A stretch of DNA of 64,000 bases from positions 15,314 through 79,313 of the forward strand of contig CAYWCV010000002.1 in the NCBI GenBank assembly GCA_964456845.1. The letters are read 5' to 3'. This document shows, one piece after another, positions 9,378 to 18,076 of the stretch. A program made the position numbers and the translations under genes. The stretch's first letter is position 1. Each line of letters begins with the position of its first letter. The notes under the pieces are model-generated. The model was given only the letters and a program-made list of their open reading frames with translations. It had not been told where the DNA came from and ran no database searches. This DNA comes from an uncultured Chitinophagales bacterium. GTDB lineage: Bacteria; Bacteroidota; Rhodothermia; Balneolales; CAYWCV01.

Positions 9378-10622
9378 TCAGGCAAGGGCTGCTATTTGGT
9401 TGAGCAGCTCCTCATTGCTGCGTGTGCGACTGAGGACTTGAAGTAAGCTGGTCATCGACTCTTTCGGCGACTTCTTCAGGAGGTAGCGTCGCACCATGTT
9501 GCGCTCGTCGAGGGTTCCGTCGATAAAACGTTCTTCATTGCGCGTACCTGATGCTGCGATATTGATGGCAGGAAACACCCTGTCGTTGGCAAGTTCGCGA
9601 TCGAGCACCAGTTCCATGTTGCCCGTTCCTTTGAACTCCTCAAAGATGAGGTCGTCCATTCTGGAATTCGTCTCGATAAGGCAGGTAGCTATGATCGTTA
9701 GCGATCCTCCACCTTCAATTTTGCGAGCAGCCCCAAATATTTTCTTTGGGATTTCTAACGCTCGGATGTCCATCCCTCCCGACATCGTTCGCCCACTGTT
9801 GGCAGCGGCAGCATTATATGCCCTGCCCAATCGTGTAAGTGAATCGATCAGCAGAACGGCATCTTCGCCGGCCTCTGCGCGCCGCTTCACATAGCTGAGC
9901 GCCATCTCAGATATGCGGACGTGGCTTTCGGTAGGCCTGTCGTTCGATGAGGCAAATACCTTTCCCTTGGTGGTTCGCATAAAATCGGTGACCTCTTCAG
10001 GGCGCTCGTCGACCAACAAAACGGCCAAATGGATATCAGGATGATATTCGTCGATGGCATGGGCGATCCGTTTTAGCAGCACGGTTTTACCCGTGCGCGG
10101 TGGCGCAACGATGATGGCTCGCTGCCCCTTGCCGATTGGCGCAATCAAGTCGACGACGCGGAGGTCGATTTCGTCGGGACGCTTGGAAAGCTTGATCTGC
10201 TCGACGGGCATGATCGGTGTCTGGTGCTCGTATCTGGGCAACTGTGTCCAAAGGTCGGGATGACGGTCGTTCACTTTCTCAATAGTGCCCACCCTGAGGT
10301 TGCCTTTGATGTCTTGATCTAATTCACCCTCCAGAACGAGCCCTTGACGAAGATCATAAAAGCTGATCATGTCTGGGCTTAAAAATGGATCCTTAAGTGA
10401 TTTTGTGAATTCGTGATCCAATTTCCTGATGAAGCCGAATCCGCCGTAAGCTGGGGGAATTTCGAGGACACCTTTATAACGACCGCCAAAAATAATCTGG
10501 TTGTTAAGAATAAATTCAGGTGCCTTGGCTCCGCCCTTGGGACGTGGCTTTCCTCCCTGTCTCTTATTCTTACTTTTACCTTTATTCTTGTTTTTTTTGT
10601 TATAACCTTTGTAGTAATTCAT
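9378..10622 (-). CDS. rho: Transcription termination factor Rho
   Basis: 414 aa. Walker A 'VAPPRTGKTVLL', 'LLVDERPEEV' and 'LIDSLTRLGRAYN'. It carries a Lys/Asn-rich basic N-terminal extension 'NKKNKNKGKSKNKRQGGKPRPKGG'. Confidence 0.95.
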   Translation of the reverse strand: MNYYKGYNKKNKNKGKSKNKRQGGKPRPKGGAKAPEFILNNQIIFGGRYKGVLEIPPAYGGFGFIRKLDHEFTKSLKDPFLSPDMISFYDLRQGLVLEGELDQDIKGNLRVGTIEKVNDRHPDLWTQLPRYEHQTPIMPVEQIKLSKRPDEIDLRVVDLIAPIGKGQRAIIVAPPRTGKTVLLKRIAHAIDEYHPDIHLAVLLVDERPEEVTDFMRTTKGKVFASSNDRPTESHVRISEMALSYVKRRAEAGEDAVLLIDSLTRLGRAYNAAAANSGRTMSGGMDIRALEIPKKIFGAARKIEGGGSLTIIATCLIETNSRMDDLIFEEFKGTGNMELVLDRELANDRVFPAINIAASGTRNEERFIDGTLDERNMVRRYLLKKSPKESMTSLLQVLSRTRSNEELLNQIAALA

Positions 10623-10840
10623 ACCTCTTTTGGGTCTGAACGGTAATAGAGCATGATTTTTATTGAATTCGGAGTGATCCGAAAGAACGGCGGCGCAAAG
10701 AGTCCCGAGGGATAATCACAGACGGCAGTCTTCTCCGTTCACTGCCTTATGTTGAGAATCTTGGTCTAGTACCGGTTTTATTATTCGTACCGGTTCCCCA
10801 CGGAATGGATCAGGCGTCGATAATCGATTGGGGAGAGAAA

Positions 10841-10868
10841 CCGGAAGAGGCTTAATCTTCTCTTCCGG
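10841..10868. terminator. Hairpin downstream of the TPR-like gene (possible bidirectional intrinsic terminator)
   Basis: ccggaagag-gcttaatctt-ctcttccgg: a 9-bp perfect stem followed by tttt on the + strand and tttctct on the - strand. It sits 70 nt after the stop of the 10939..12243 gene. Confidence 0.4.
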
Positions 10869-10938
10869 TTTTATCAAAATACACAATACACTCGGATTTT
10901 GAAAGGAATCCGCAAACCTGGTCAAAAAACGGGATATA

Positions 10939-12243
10939 TCAGCGAACCGTTGTCGATTCGTTAATCCAGCTGTAGCAGTCGCGCAGCGATGCGTCAACGC
11001 GGATAGAATCTCCGTTATTCCAATTCCTGTAGAACTTGTCTTCTGCGTTCGGGGCGACTTGTGCGTAGGTGCTGGCCTGACGGTTTACTGAGTTCGCCAG
11101 TGACGGGTCGGCACGCTTTGCACGGTCGAGATAGTCGAGCACGAGCCAGTACACCACTTTGTCCTCACGCCCCATGTTAGCACCCGCACAGGCTGATACG
11201 GCGTTTGCGTATGCTTCGGCCACCTTAAAGTAGGCGTTACCGTTGTTTGGATTGAACTGGATCGACTGCTTGGCGGCATCACGTGAACCACGAAGATCGT
11301 TGATATTCATGCGGTTGTCGGCAATCAGAAGCCAAATGGTTGATTTCTCTTCGTTTGTCTCGGAGAGCTTTAGTGCAACCTCGAGGTACCCGTTGGCACC
11401 ACGGTAGTCCCCATTCTTGCGAGCCATGTCGGCCATGCGCATCGTGTTGCGCATGTCTGGAGCTTTTTCGTAGAGAATCTTGCCGAACTCATTGATTTTC
11501 TCACGGTCGTCTACCCGAACGTAAAGGTCGAAGAGTTCTCCGATCAACTCCAGGTTGTCTTGATCTTCGGCCAATTTGCCTTCAAGGAATGTGATGCGCT
11601 CGGTGGGGTTGCTGAAGAGCGAATTCAGTATTCGATCGAAGTATTCGGTAGTGGTTGAATCTACTTTGCCCTTCGATTTTTCAATTAATGCCACGGCCTC
11701 ATCGCGCATTCCATTGGTAACCAAGTTTTGGACAATCAAGCTGATGTAGTAACCGTCGCCCAGCTCGATGGTGCGATTTTCGTCCAATTCGAGCAATTTT
11801 TTGTAATTCGTGATCGCATCGTCCATACCGCCCTCGATATAGTCGGCGTTGTTCTGGTAAAACTTGCCGCGCTCGAGCGTCCAATCGTACATGTCGATCT
11901 CCTCGGGCGTAAAGATTTCAAACACTTGTGTGAACAATGTGGATGCCGAATCCAGATATGCCGTCTTGATCGCAGGGTCCATCGCCTCTTCCGACATGGC
12001 GGAATAAATGCGGATCATTCGCAGAAACACGATGTGACCCCGATACGCTGGATGTTCAGGCAGCTCTTTAGGATAATTCTTGATGAGGTGCTTGCCATAT
12101 GGCAGAGCAAAAGCATAATCCTTCATCTGGAAATTGGTGCTGAACAGCGAAAACGTCTCCAAAGGACGAGACGGAATCTCCTGCGCTTTAGCAGCACTGC
12201 CCAGAACAAGGGCCATTACAAGGATGAAGAGTGATTTTTTCAT
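10939..12243 (-). CDS. Secreted TPR-like helical-repeat protein (hypothetical)
   Basis: 434 aa with signal peptide 'MKKSLFILVMALVLGSAAKAQ'. Helical repeat-like composition with A/Y/L spacing typical of TPR. No catalytic motif recognised. Confidence 0.5.
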   Translation of the reverse strand: MKKSLFILVMALVLGSAAKAQEIPSRPLETFSLFSTNFQMKDYAFALPYGKHLIKNYPKELPEHPAYRGHIVFLRMIRIYSAMSEEAMDPAIKTAYLDSASTLFTQVFEIFTPEEIDMYDWTLERGKFYQNNADYIEGGMDDAITNYKKLLELDENRTIELGDGYYISLIVQNLVTNGMRDEAVALIEKSKGKVDSTTTEYFDRILNSLFSNPTERITFLEGKLAEDQDNLELIGELFDLYVRVDDREKINEFGKILYEKAPDMRNTMRMADMARKNGDYRGANGYLEVALKLSETNEEKSTIWLLIADNRMNINDLRGSRDAAKQSIQFNPNNGNAYFKVAEAYANAVSACAGANMGREDKVVYWLVLDYLDRAKRADPSLANSVNRQASTYAQVAPNAEDKFYRNWNNGDSIRVDASLRDCYSWINESTTVR

Positions 12244-12285
12244 GACAATACTGCGTGAGGTTGAAGGGACAAATAGGGTTTCAAA

Positions 12286-13578
12286 CTATTGGATCTTCCT
12301 GCGTAGGAACATCGGCTCTGATAGGTTGAACGAAACTCGTGTGAAGAATATTTTCTCCTTTACGAAATCGCTAGTTCCAGAGCCCCGAACTCCATAACTG
12401 AAGTTAAGGTCGATAGATGAACTTGTAAACCGTGAGGGGATGCCAAAGCCGGCATGAATTTGTGTGGTTGAAACGGCCTGGCCTTCGAATTTAAGATATC
12501 CTGAGTCATGGGACAAGCCACCGCGATAAATTAAATTGCGAAAAAAACTGCTTGACCTCCTGTTTTTAAAACTGGCCTCGGTACCAATGCCAATCATGAA
12601 CTGGTCTGCAAATTCGACGTCCTCTACAGTGCCTACATCTTTATAGCTTCCCCAACTCTGTTGGGCTGCCTCTAATGCAACCATGAAATAAGGGCTGGGG
12701 CGATAGGTTATGCCTCCCGTTATTTTTTGAGGAATCACGGAGGTGTCGTCACTTCGTGCCGGAAGTTCAACTTCATCGTTTGTATACCGCGTGAAAAGTC
12801 TCTCTTTGACGTCCATCTCCGCTTCCAATTCCCAAGTTAAGCCAATGCTGAGGTTGTCGTCGGTGCGTAAAAGGTTCGATTTATTTGCAAACAGACCGGT
12901 CCGCAATCCGAAACCATTCATCGACTCACGATTCCGAAATTCCACACCCTGGAACAACAACGTGTCGAATGCGATCTCAGAAACACGTTCGATCAAGCCA
13001 AACGTGACCGAGGGGGCAATTCCAATGGCGATGTTTTCGGTGATGCCAAACCCAAGCCCCGCCTCAAGTCGGTTCAACCCACCAGTACCAACTTGTTGGG
13101 TTGCATAGGTTACTGGACGATCTTCGATCAGCACACCTGCTGGCAACGTATTCTGAGACTGAAAGGAATATCTGACCGTCGAATATGGTTTAAGCGATAC
13201 GTTCAGGCCTAGGCGGCTACGCTCAATTGGGAACAACACTTGTACCGAGCCGACACCGGCCTGCGTATAGTTCCCGGATTGATCGCCGTCGTCGCCGTTG
13301 AAGGTGCTCATGTAGAAGCTTCCTACGCCGGTTGTGAATATCGGATAGCCCCAAAGTGCCGGATTTGCACTGTTATTGGCATACGCGTTATAGATCGACA
13401 CACCCTGAAGTCCCATTCCTGCTGCTTGGGACGAATAGAAGAAATTGGGCACGCCCACACCATAGTAGGAATAGATGGAACCACCACCCCACTTGTTCTG
13501 GCTGGCATCGAAATTAAACTGGGCTGTGCTGGTACCGGCAACACCCAACAGGAGCAAAACCATCAATACATATTTCAT
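12286..13578 (-). CDS. Outer-membrane beta-barrel protein (FadL/PorV-like fold, hypothetical)
   Basis: 430 aa with signal peptide 'MKYVLMVLLLLGVAGTSTAQ'. Alternating beta-strand pattern, 'AAGMGLQGVS...NPALWGY' near the N-terminus, and an aromatic-rich C-terminus. Its start overlaps the upstream gene by 4 nt. Confidence 0.5.
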   Translation of the reverse strand: MKYVLMVLLLLGVAGTSTAQFNFDASQNKWGGGSIYSYYGVGVPNFFYSSQAAGMGLQGVSIYNAYANNSANPALWGYPIFTTGVGSFYMSTFNGDDGDQSGNYTQAGVGSVQVLFPIERSRLGLNVSLKPYSTVRYSFQSQNTLPAGVLIEDRPVTYATQQVGTGGLNRLEAGLGFGITENIAIGIAPSVTFGLIERVSEIAFDTLLFQGVEFRNRESMNGFGLRTGLFANKSNLLRTDDNLSIGLTWELEAEMDVKERLFTRYTNDEVELPARSDDTSVIPQKITGGITYRPSPYFMVALEAAQQSWGSYKDVGTVEDVEFADQFMIGIGTEASFKNRRSSSFFRNLIYRGGLSHDSGYLKFEGQAVSTTQIHAGFGIPSRFTSSSIDLNFSYGVRGSGTSDFVKEKIFFTRVSFNLSEPMFLRRKIQ

Positions 13579-14741
13579 AGACCCTCCCGCTTCACAAGTG
13601 TTAACAGCAACCGTGGTTGGCGTAGCAGGCTCTTGTCTAACATCGTGTTATGGAATATGCCCGATCTTGGTTGTATTGCTAGGTAATACGTCCTTTCCGA
13701 CTCGCCAGAAAGAAGCATGGTTCTGACCAGATTGGTGACGACCGCTTGGTAGGAGTTGTCGGTTTGGCGTATAAACGTGATAGATGGCGCCAAAACAATA
13801 ATGTCATCCGGGGTAAGAAGCCCGTTCGGGTTGTAGGCGTTCAATGTAAGGCTCTGTGGGCGCATATGGCCTTCTGGTAAGGCGGAAGACAGGAATGTCT
13901 CGTCTTCCTGGATCTGCAGTACGGCCCTTGAGATGTTGCTGCCGCTCAGCTTGGCCAAATCCAATTTGACCGTAATACTTGGCAGGTTCTCGAGGTTAGA
14001 CGAAATGTGGACACCGGAAGCAAAGGATGCCGGCCTTGTTCTCGTAAAGTTGTGCGCAGATGCACGCACGTAGACAATGTTCGTGTCCCTGGGGTTGTAA
14101 AATGTCATTTGCACCGAGTCGGTGAGCATGGAGACAATCTTGCCCACTCCCATTGGCTTGATGGCCAAACCAAAGTAGTTTCGCACGTAAGCAGAGTCGA
14201 CATTTGAAGCAGTGCCGTAAACAAACGCTTTGTACTCCTCCAGCCACGTCTTAGGCATCTCAACCTGAATCAACGAGTCTCGGGTTACCTCAAATGTTGT
14301 AAGTGGCTGGCTGTCGGTGGTTGGTTTGGTTGATGCCCTGAACGTTGATGGGCGCCAAGGGCTTCTCACACCATAGATGCCAAACTGTGCCGCATTAACT
14401 GTATCACCGTAAAAACTGCTGGTTCTCAGATTGAGAATCACTCGTGTACTGTCGCTCAGCGTATCAACCAAGCCGCTCAAGAGCAGGGACGGGAGGAAAT
14501 ATGTTTCGGCGGTGATTGGCCCAAACCAAGGGTCGTTGTAGGATCCCGCCGACAGATGCGTCAGATCTCCCGTGTAGGCATCTAGAGCCAGACGTTCGGT
14601 GGTTGGCACAGTGAACGTGTCGGTCGTAACGACGTTTCGGTCGGGAATTAACCCGCCGCCCACATTGCTGGAGTCGTCGCATGAAGTCCATACAACGGCT
14701 ACAACTGCAACCGCAAGGAGATTCCAGAGGTTGCGTTTCAT
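13575..14741 (-). CDS. DUF4270-like lipoprotein
   Basis: Lipobox 'VVWTSC' followed by 'DDSSNVGGGLIP'. N-terminal pattern and position directly downstream of the short glycogen synthase are as in Bacteroidota DUF4270 genes (from memory, no search run). Start taken at 'MKRNLWNLL'; the track start is 14762. Confidence 0.5.
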   Translation of the reverse strand: MKRNLWNLLAVAVVAVVWTSCDDSSNVGGGLIPDRNVVTTDTFTVPTTERLALDAYTGDLTHLSAGSYNDPWFGPITAETYFLPSLLLSGLVDTLSDSTRVILNLRTSSFYGDTVNAAQFGIYGVRSPWRPSTFRASTKPTTDSQPLTTFEVTRDSLIQVEMPKTWLEEYKAFVYGTASNVDSAYVRNYFGLAIKPMGVGKIVSMLTDSVQMTFYNPRDTNIVYVRASAHNFTRTRPASFASGVHISSNLENLPSITVKLDLAKLSGSNISRAVLQIQEDETFLSSALPEGHMRPQSLTLNAYNPNGLLTPDDIIVLAPSITFIRQTDNSYQAVVTNLVRTMLLSGESERTYYLAIQPRSGIFHNTMLDKSLLRQPRLLLTLVKREGL

Positions 14742-14784
14742 CGAAAGGTTCTGTTCGGGCACAATAAAGGGTAAATCAGTGGAA

Positions 14785-15579
14785 TCAGGGCACTAGCTCA
14801 CGGTAATAGTCGGCAAATTTCTGCGATACGTCCTGTGGTGCACCTTGTATCTTGTGAGGCTTGATGCCAAGCTCGTCAAAAATGGGGTCGAGCTGGCTGC
14901 CAAGTTCGTTTCCGGTCACCACGTAGTCGGCATACTTGAGTCCGGCTCGCAAAAAATCTACTTTACCGTCGCTCATAACGGTCGACTTGTCGAAATCGTC
15001 TGGCAAATCAAGGTATTTAAAAATTTCTTCGTCGAAAACACCTTCATTTGCTGGACTGTGGATGTTGTACACCACCTTGGCGTCTTTAAACATCGGGTGA
15101 TCGCGATAGAGCGTCTTAAGGAAGACCGGCACAAAGCCGGACGCCCAATCATGGCAATGGATGAGGTCGGGCTTCCAGTTAAGCTTGATCACCGTCTCCA
15201 TGATCCCACGGTTGTAGAATGCCGTGCGGCGGCCATTGTCTGGATATGCCTGTTCCGTCTTGGGGTCCATGAACATGCCCTTTCTTCCGAAATGGGTGTC
15301 GTTGTCGAGAAAATAGACCTGAAGCTTCGCATTAGGGATGCTGGCGACCTTGATTTTCATGTTCTCGGTTGTGTCGCCATCGGGGACGGTGATGTTCGAC
15401 AGACGAATGACCTCGTGGAGCCGGTTACGACGGTCGTTGATGCTTCCATACTTCGGAAGCAGAATGCGAATCTGAAACCCTTTGTCCTGCAGTGATGCCG
15501 GCAAAAACCTCAGGAGGTCTGCCGTGTTGGTCATTTTGGCAAATGGGGAGATTTCGGCGGCCGCGTATAGAACGTTCAT
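14785..15579 (-). CDS. Short glycogen/starch synthase-like protein (GT5 N-terminal domain only)
   Basis: 264 aa. 'MNVLYAAAEISPFAKMTNTADLLRFLPASLQDKGFQIRILLPKYG' is the starch synthase catalytic-domain N-terminus. There is no C-terminal GT1 half. Confidence 0.75.
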   Translation of the reverse strand: MNVLYAAAEISPFAKMTNTADLLRFLPASLQDKGFQIRILLPKYGSINDRRNRLHEVIRLSNITVPDGDTTENMKIKVASIPNAKLQVYFLDNDTHFGRKGMFMDPKTEQAYPDNGRRTAFYNRGIMETVIKLNWKPDLIHCHDWASGFVPVFLKTLYRDHPMFKDAKVVYNIHSPANEGVFDEEIFKYLDLPDDFDKSTVMSDGKVDFLRAGLKYADYVVTGNELGSQLDPIFDELGIKPHKIQGAPQDVSQKFADYYRELVP

Positions 15580-15593
15580 TCAGCTTTACTGCT

Positions 15594-16454
15594 TTATGAT
15601 TCGTTGGATTCAATCTGCCCGGTCGATCCGTGCAGGAAGTTGCTTGTCTCGTCGTCGAGAGTGTAAAAATCAAACAGCGTGTCGCTGCGCAGTCCAAGCC
15701 GTAACGTTTCGAGGGGGATGACCTCGTGAGGTGCAATGTTGCCCAGGTTGACATTGCTGCCAAACTTGCGGATGAACCATACTTGCTGCTCTTTCTGTGG
15801 TGCTTCGAACAAGAGCAGATCCACGTCGATCTGGTCGGCGATCTCGTCGATCAAGCCTGACCGTACTTCCCCGTTTGGACGGAATACCCCGACGGTTCCC
15901 GACTCCCTGGCTTCGCAGATGATTTTCCATGCACCGGCATCGATTTCGGCCTGTATGGACTTCACCCACTTATAGGGAGGGATAATTTCGTTGGGATTTT
16001 TGCTTCCAACTTCCGAGAGCACCGTGAAATTCTTCTTGAGGTCTCGGATAATGTTGATCTTCTTCTCCTCACTCAGCCAAATTGTGCCATTCGACACCTC
16101 AACATACTCAAGACCAAATTTGTCGAGCACTCGGAGGTAATTGTCGAGCTCGTTACGGAGTACGTAGGCCTCGAAGAGCGTGCCACCAAAATACACGGGG
16201 ATGCCCGCATTTTTGTAGATGGCCAACTTATCCTGAAGTTTGGGTGTAACACATGCGGTGCCCCACCCCAATTTCACGATGTCGGTGTAATCTGATGATG
16301 ATTCAAGGAAATCTTCCGTCTCGCGTAAGCTGAAGCCTTTGTCAAGGACTAGGCTGATGCCATTGTGGCGTGGCTTTGCAGATCGCTTCGGAAGATGCGA
16401 AATTTCAAACGGCATACGATTGATTTTTGGACTGCCCAAGGAATCAATATACAA
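15594..16454 (-). CDS. comA: (2R)-phospho-3-sulfolactate synthase family protein
   Basis: 286 aa. 'KPRHNGISLVLDKG', 'YTDIVKLGWGT' and 'GIPVYFGGTLFE' match the ComA/PSL synthase family pattern. Confidence 0.8.
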   Translation of the reverse strand: MYIDSLGSPKINRMPFEISHLPKRSAKPRHNGISLVLDKGFSLRETEDFLESSSDYTDIVKLGWGTACVTPKLQDKLAIYKNAGIPVYFGGTLFEAYVLRNELDNYLRVLDKFGLEYVEVSNGTIWLSEEKKINIIRDLKKNFTVLSEVGSKNPNEIIPPYKWVKSIQAEIDAGAWKIICEARESGTVGVFRPNGEVRSGLIDEIADQIDVDLLLFEAPQKEQQVWFIRKFGSNVNLGNIAPHEVIPLETLRLGLRSDTLFDFYTLDDETSNFLHGSTGQIESNES

Positions 16455-16481
16455 AAATCATATGTGAACCGAAAATGAGGC

Positions 16482-18023
16482 CTATTCTGCCATGATGTTC
16501 ATGAGAATGGTGTCGTCGTTCGATACCCGTGTGTTCCTGTTCGATAGATTCACAAGGTACTTTATGTAGCCCCTGTCTACGGCTTTGAACATCTCATGGG
16601 TGTATCTCCACTCCCACCAACCTGATGAGAACCCCGGAAAATTCATGCGGTGCGTCGTGTCCAAATTCATATAGTCCTGCATTGGAACGATGCATTGATC
16701 GGCCACCGACAACATGCCAAGGCGAATAAGTTCCCAATTGATGCGCATGCCGTCTGTGCGCGTGTACTCACGTGCTCTGTGCCTCTCCAAATCAGTGCCT
16801 TGGTCGAACCATCCAATGCTGGTGTCGTTATCGTGCGTGCCGGTATATACAACACAGTTCGCTGTGGTGTAGTTGTGGGGAAGAAACCCGTTGGCAGCGT
16901 TGTCGCTGAAGGCGAACTGAAGTATTTTCATGCCCGGAAAGTTGAAACTGTCGCGCAGATCAACCACTTCTTTGGTGAGCACGCCCAAATCTTCGGCAAT
17001 AATGGGCAGCTCCCCAAGGTCGGATTTAATGGCTTTGAAGAGTTTTTTGCCGGGGCCCTTCACCCAGCGTCCGTTGATGGCCGTCTTTTCGGAGGCTTTA
17101 ATCTCCCAATAGGCATCAAACCCTCGAAAGTGATCCACACGGATGGCGTCGTACAGCGTGAGTGTCTGCCGGAAGCGGTTGATCCACCAGGCATATCCAT
17201 CTTTTTCCATCACCGACCACTTGTAGAGCGGATTTCCCCAGAGTTGGCCCGTTTCGCTGAAGTAGTCGGGAGGGACACCTGCAACCAGCACACGGTTACC
17301 CAATGCGTCGATTTCGAACAGGTGCGGGTTTGACCAGACATCGGCGCTGTTGTGATCCACAAAGATGGGTATGTCTCCAATAATTTGAACACCCCGCTCA
17401 TTGGAATAGGCACGAAGCGATTTCCACTGGGAATAAAACTCATACTGCAGCCATTCGTGATAGGCGATGACGTCGGCAAGTTCCTTCGTCCATTTTTTGA
17501 CGGCAGCTGGCACACGTTTGCTGAGTTCGGGGTCCCACTGATTCCAGACCTTTTTCCCGTGGTGCTCAAATGCTGCCATAAAAAGGGCATAGTCTTGCAG
17601 CCAGACGGCATTATCCTTCTTGAATGCTTGGAAGGCTTTTTTGTCGGTCGGTTTTGCCCTTTTGGCAAAACGCTCGAAAGCCGTTTTGAACATGGCATCT
17701 TTAGCCGAGAACGCTGCGTCGTAGGGTACTTTCGTACTTTCGTCAATGTGAAACAGGGCCGTCTCGTCGGCACCCAACAGTCCCTTTTCAACTAGCGTGT
17801 CAGGGTCGATAAGGTAATGATTGCCGGCAAATGCGGAGTAGCTGGCATATGGGCTGTTCCCGTACCCCGTGGGACATAGCGGAAGCACCTGCCAGGAGCT
17901 TTGGTCGGTTTCTACCAAAAAATCGATGAATTCACGTGCTGAATTACCGAGGTCGCCGATACCGTACCTTGTAGGAAAAGAGGTGGGGTGAAGAAGCGTA
18001 CCTGCCGATCGTTTAAACTTCAT
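16482..18023 (-). CDS. malQ: 4-alpha-glucanotransferase (amylomaltase, GH77)
   Basis: 513 aa. 'GIGDLG', 'QVLPL.PTG.GNSPY', 'IGDIPIFVDHNSADVW', 'TGTHDNDT'. Confidence 0.92.
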   Translation of the reverse strand: MKFKRSAGTLLHPTSFPTRYGIGDLGNSAREFIDFLVETDQSSWQVLPLCPTGYGNSPYASYSAFAGNHYLIDPDTLVEKGLLGADETALFHIDESTKVPYDAAFSAKDAMFKTAFERFAKRAKPTDKKAFQAFKKDNAVWLQDYALFMAAFEHHGKKVWNQWDPELSKRVPAAVKKWTKELADVIAYHEWLQYEFYSQWKSLRAYSNERGVQIIGDIPIFVDHNSADVWSNPHLFEIDALGNRVLVAGVPPDYFSETGQLWGNPLYKWSVMEKDGYAWWINRFRQTLTLYDAIRVDHFRGFDAYWEIKASEKTAINGRWVKGPGKKLFKAIKSDLGELPIIAEDLGVLTKEVVDLRDSFNFPGMKILQFAFSDNAANGFLPHNYTTANCVVYTGTHDNDTSIGWFDQGTDLERHRAREYTRTDGMRINWELIRLGMLSVADQCIVPMQDYMNLDTTHRMNFPGFSSGWWEWRYTHEMFKAVDRGYIKYLVNLSNRNTRVSNDDTILMNIMAE

Positions 18024-18076
18024 GCTATTGAACGTCTGAGTTATTCACTCGTTATGTAGATGTTGGTGGGTTTTTA

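Noticed and set aside
10716-10997. 93-aa minus-strand ORF in the rho upstream region
   Set aside because: It overlaps the 3' end of the TPR-like gene in another frame and spans the terminator hairpin. It has no motif, so I treat the region as non-coding leader.
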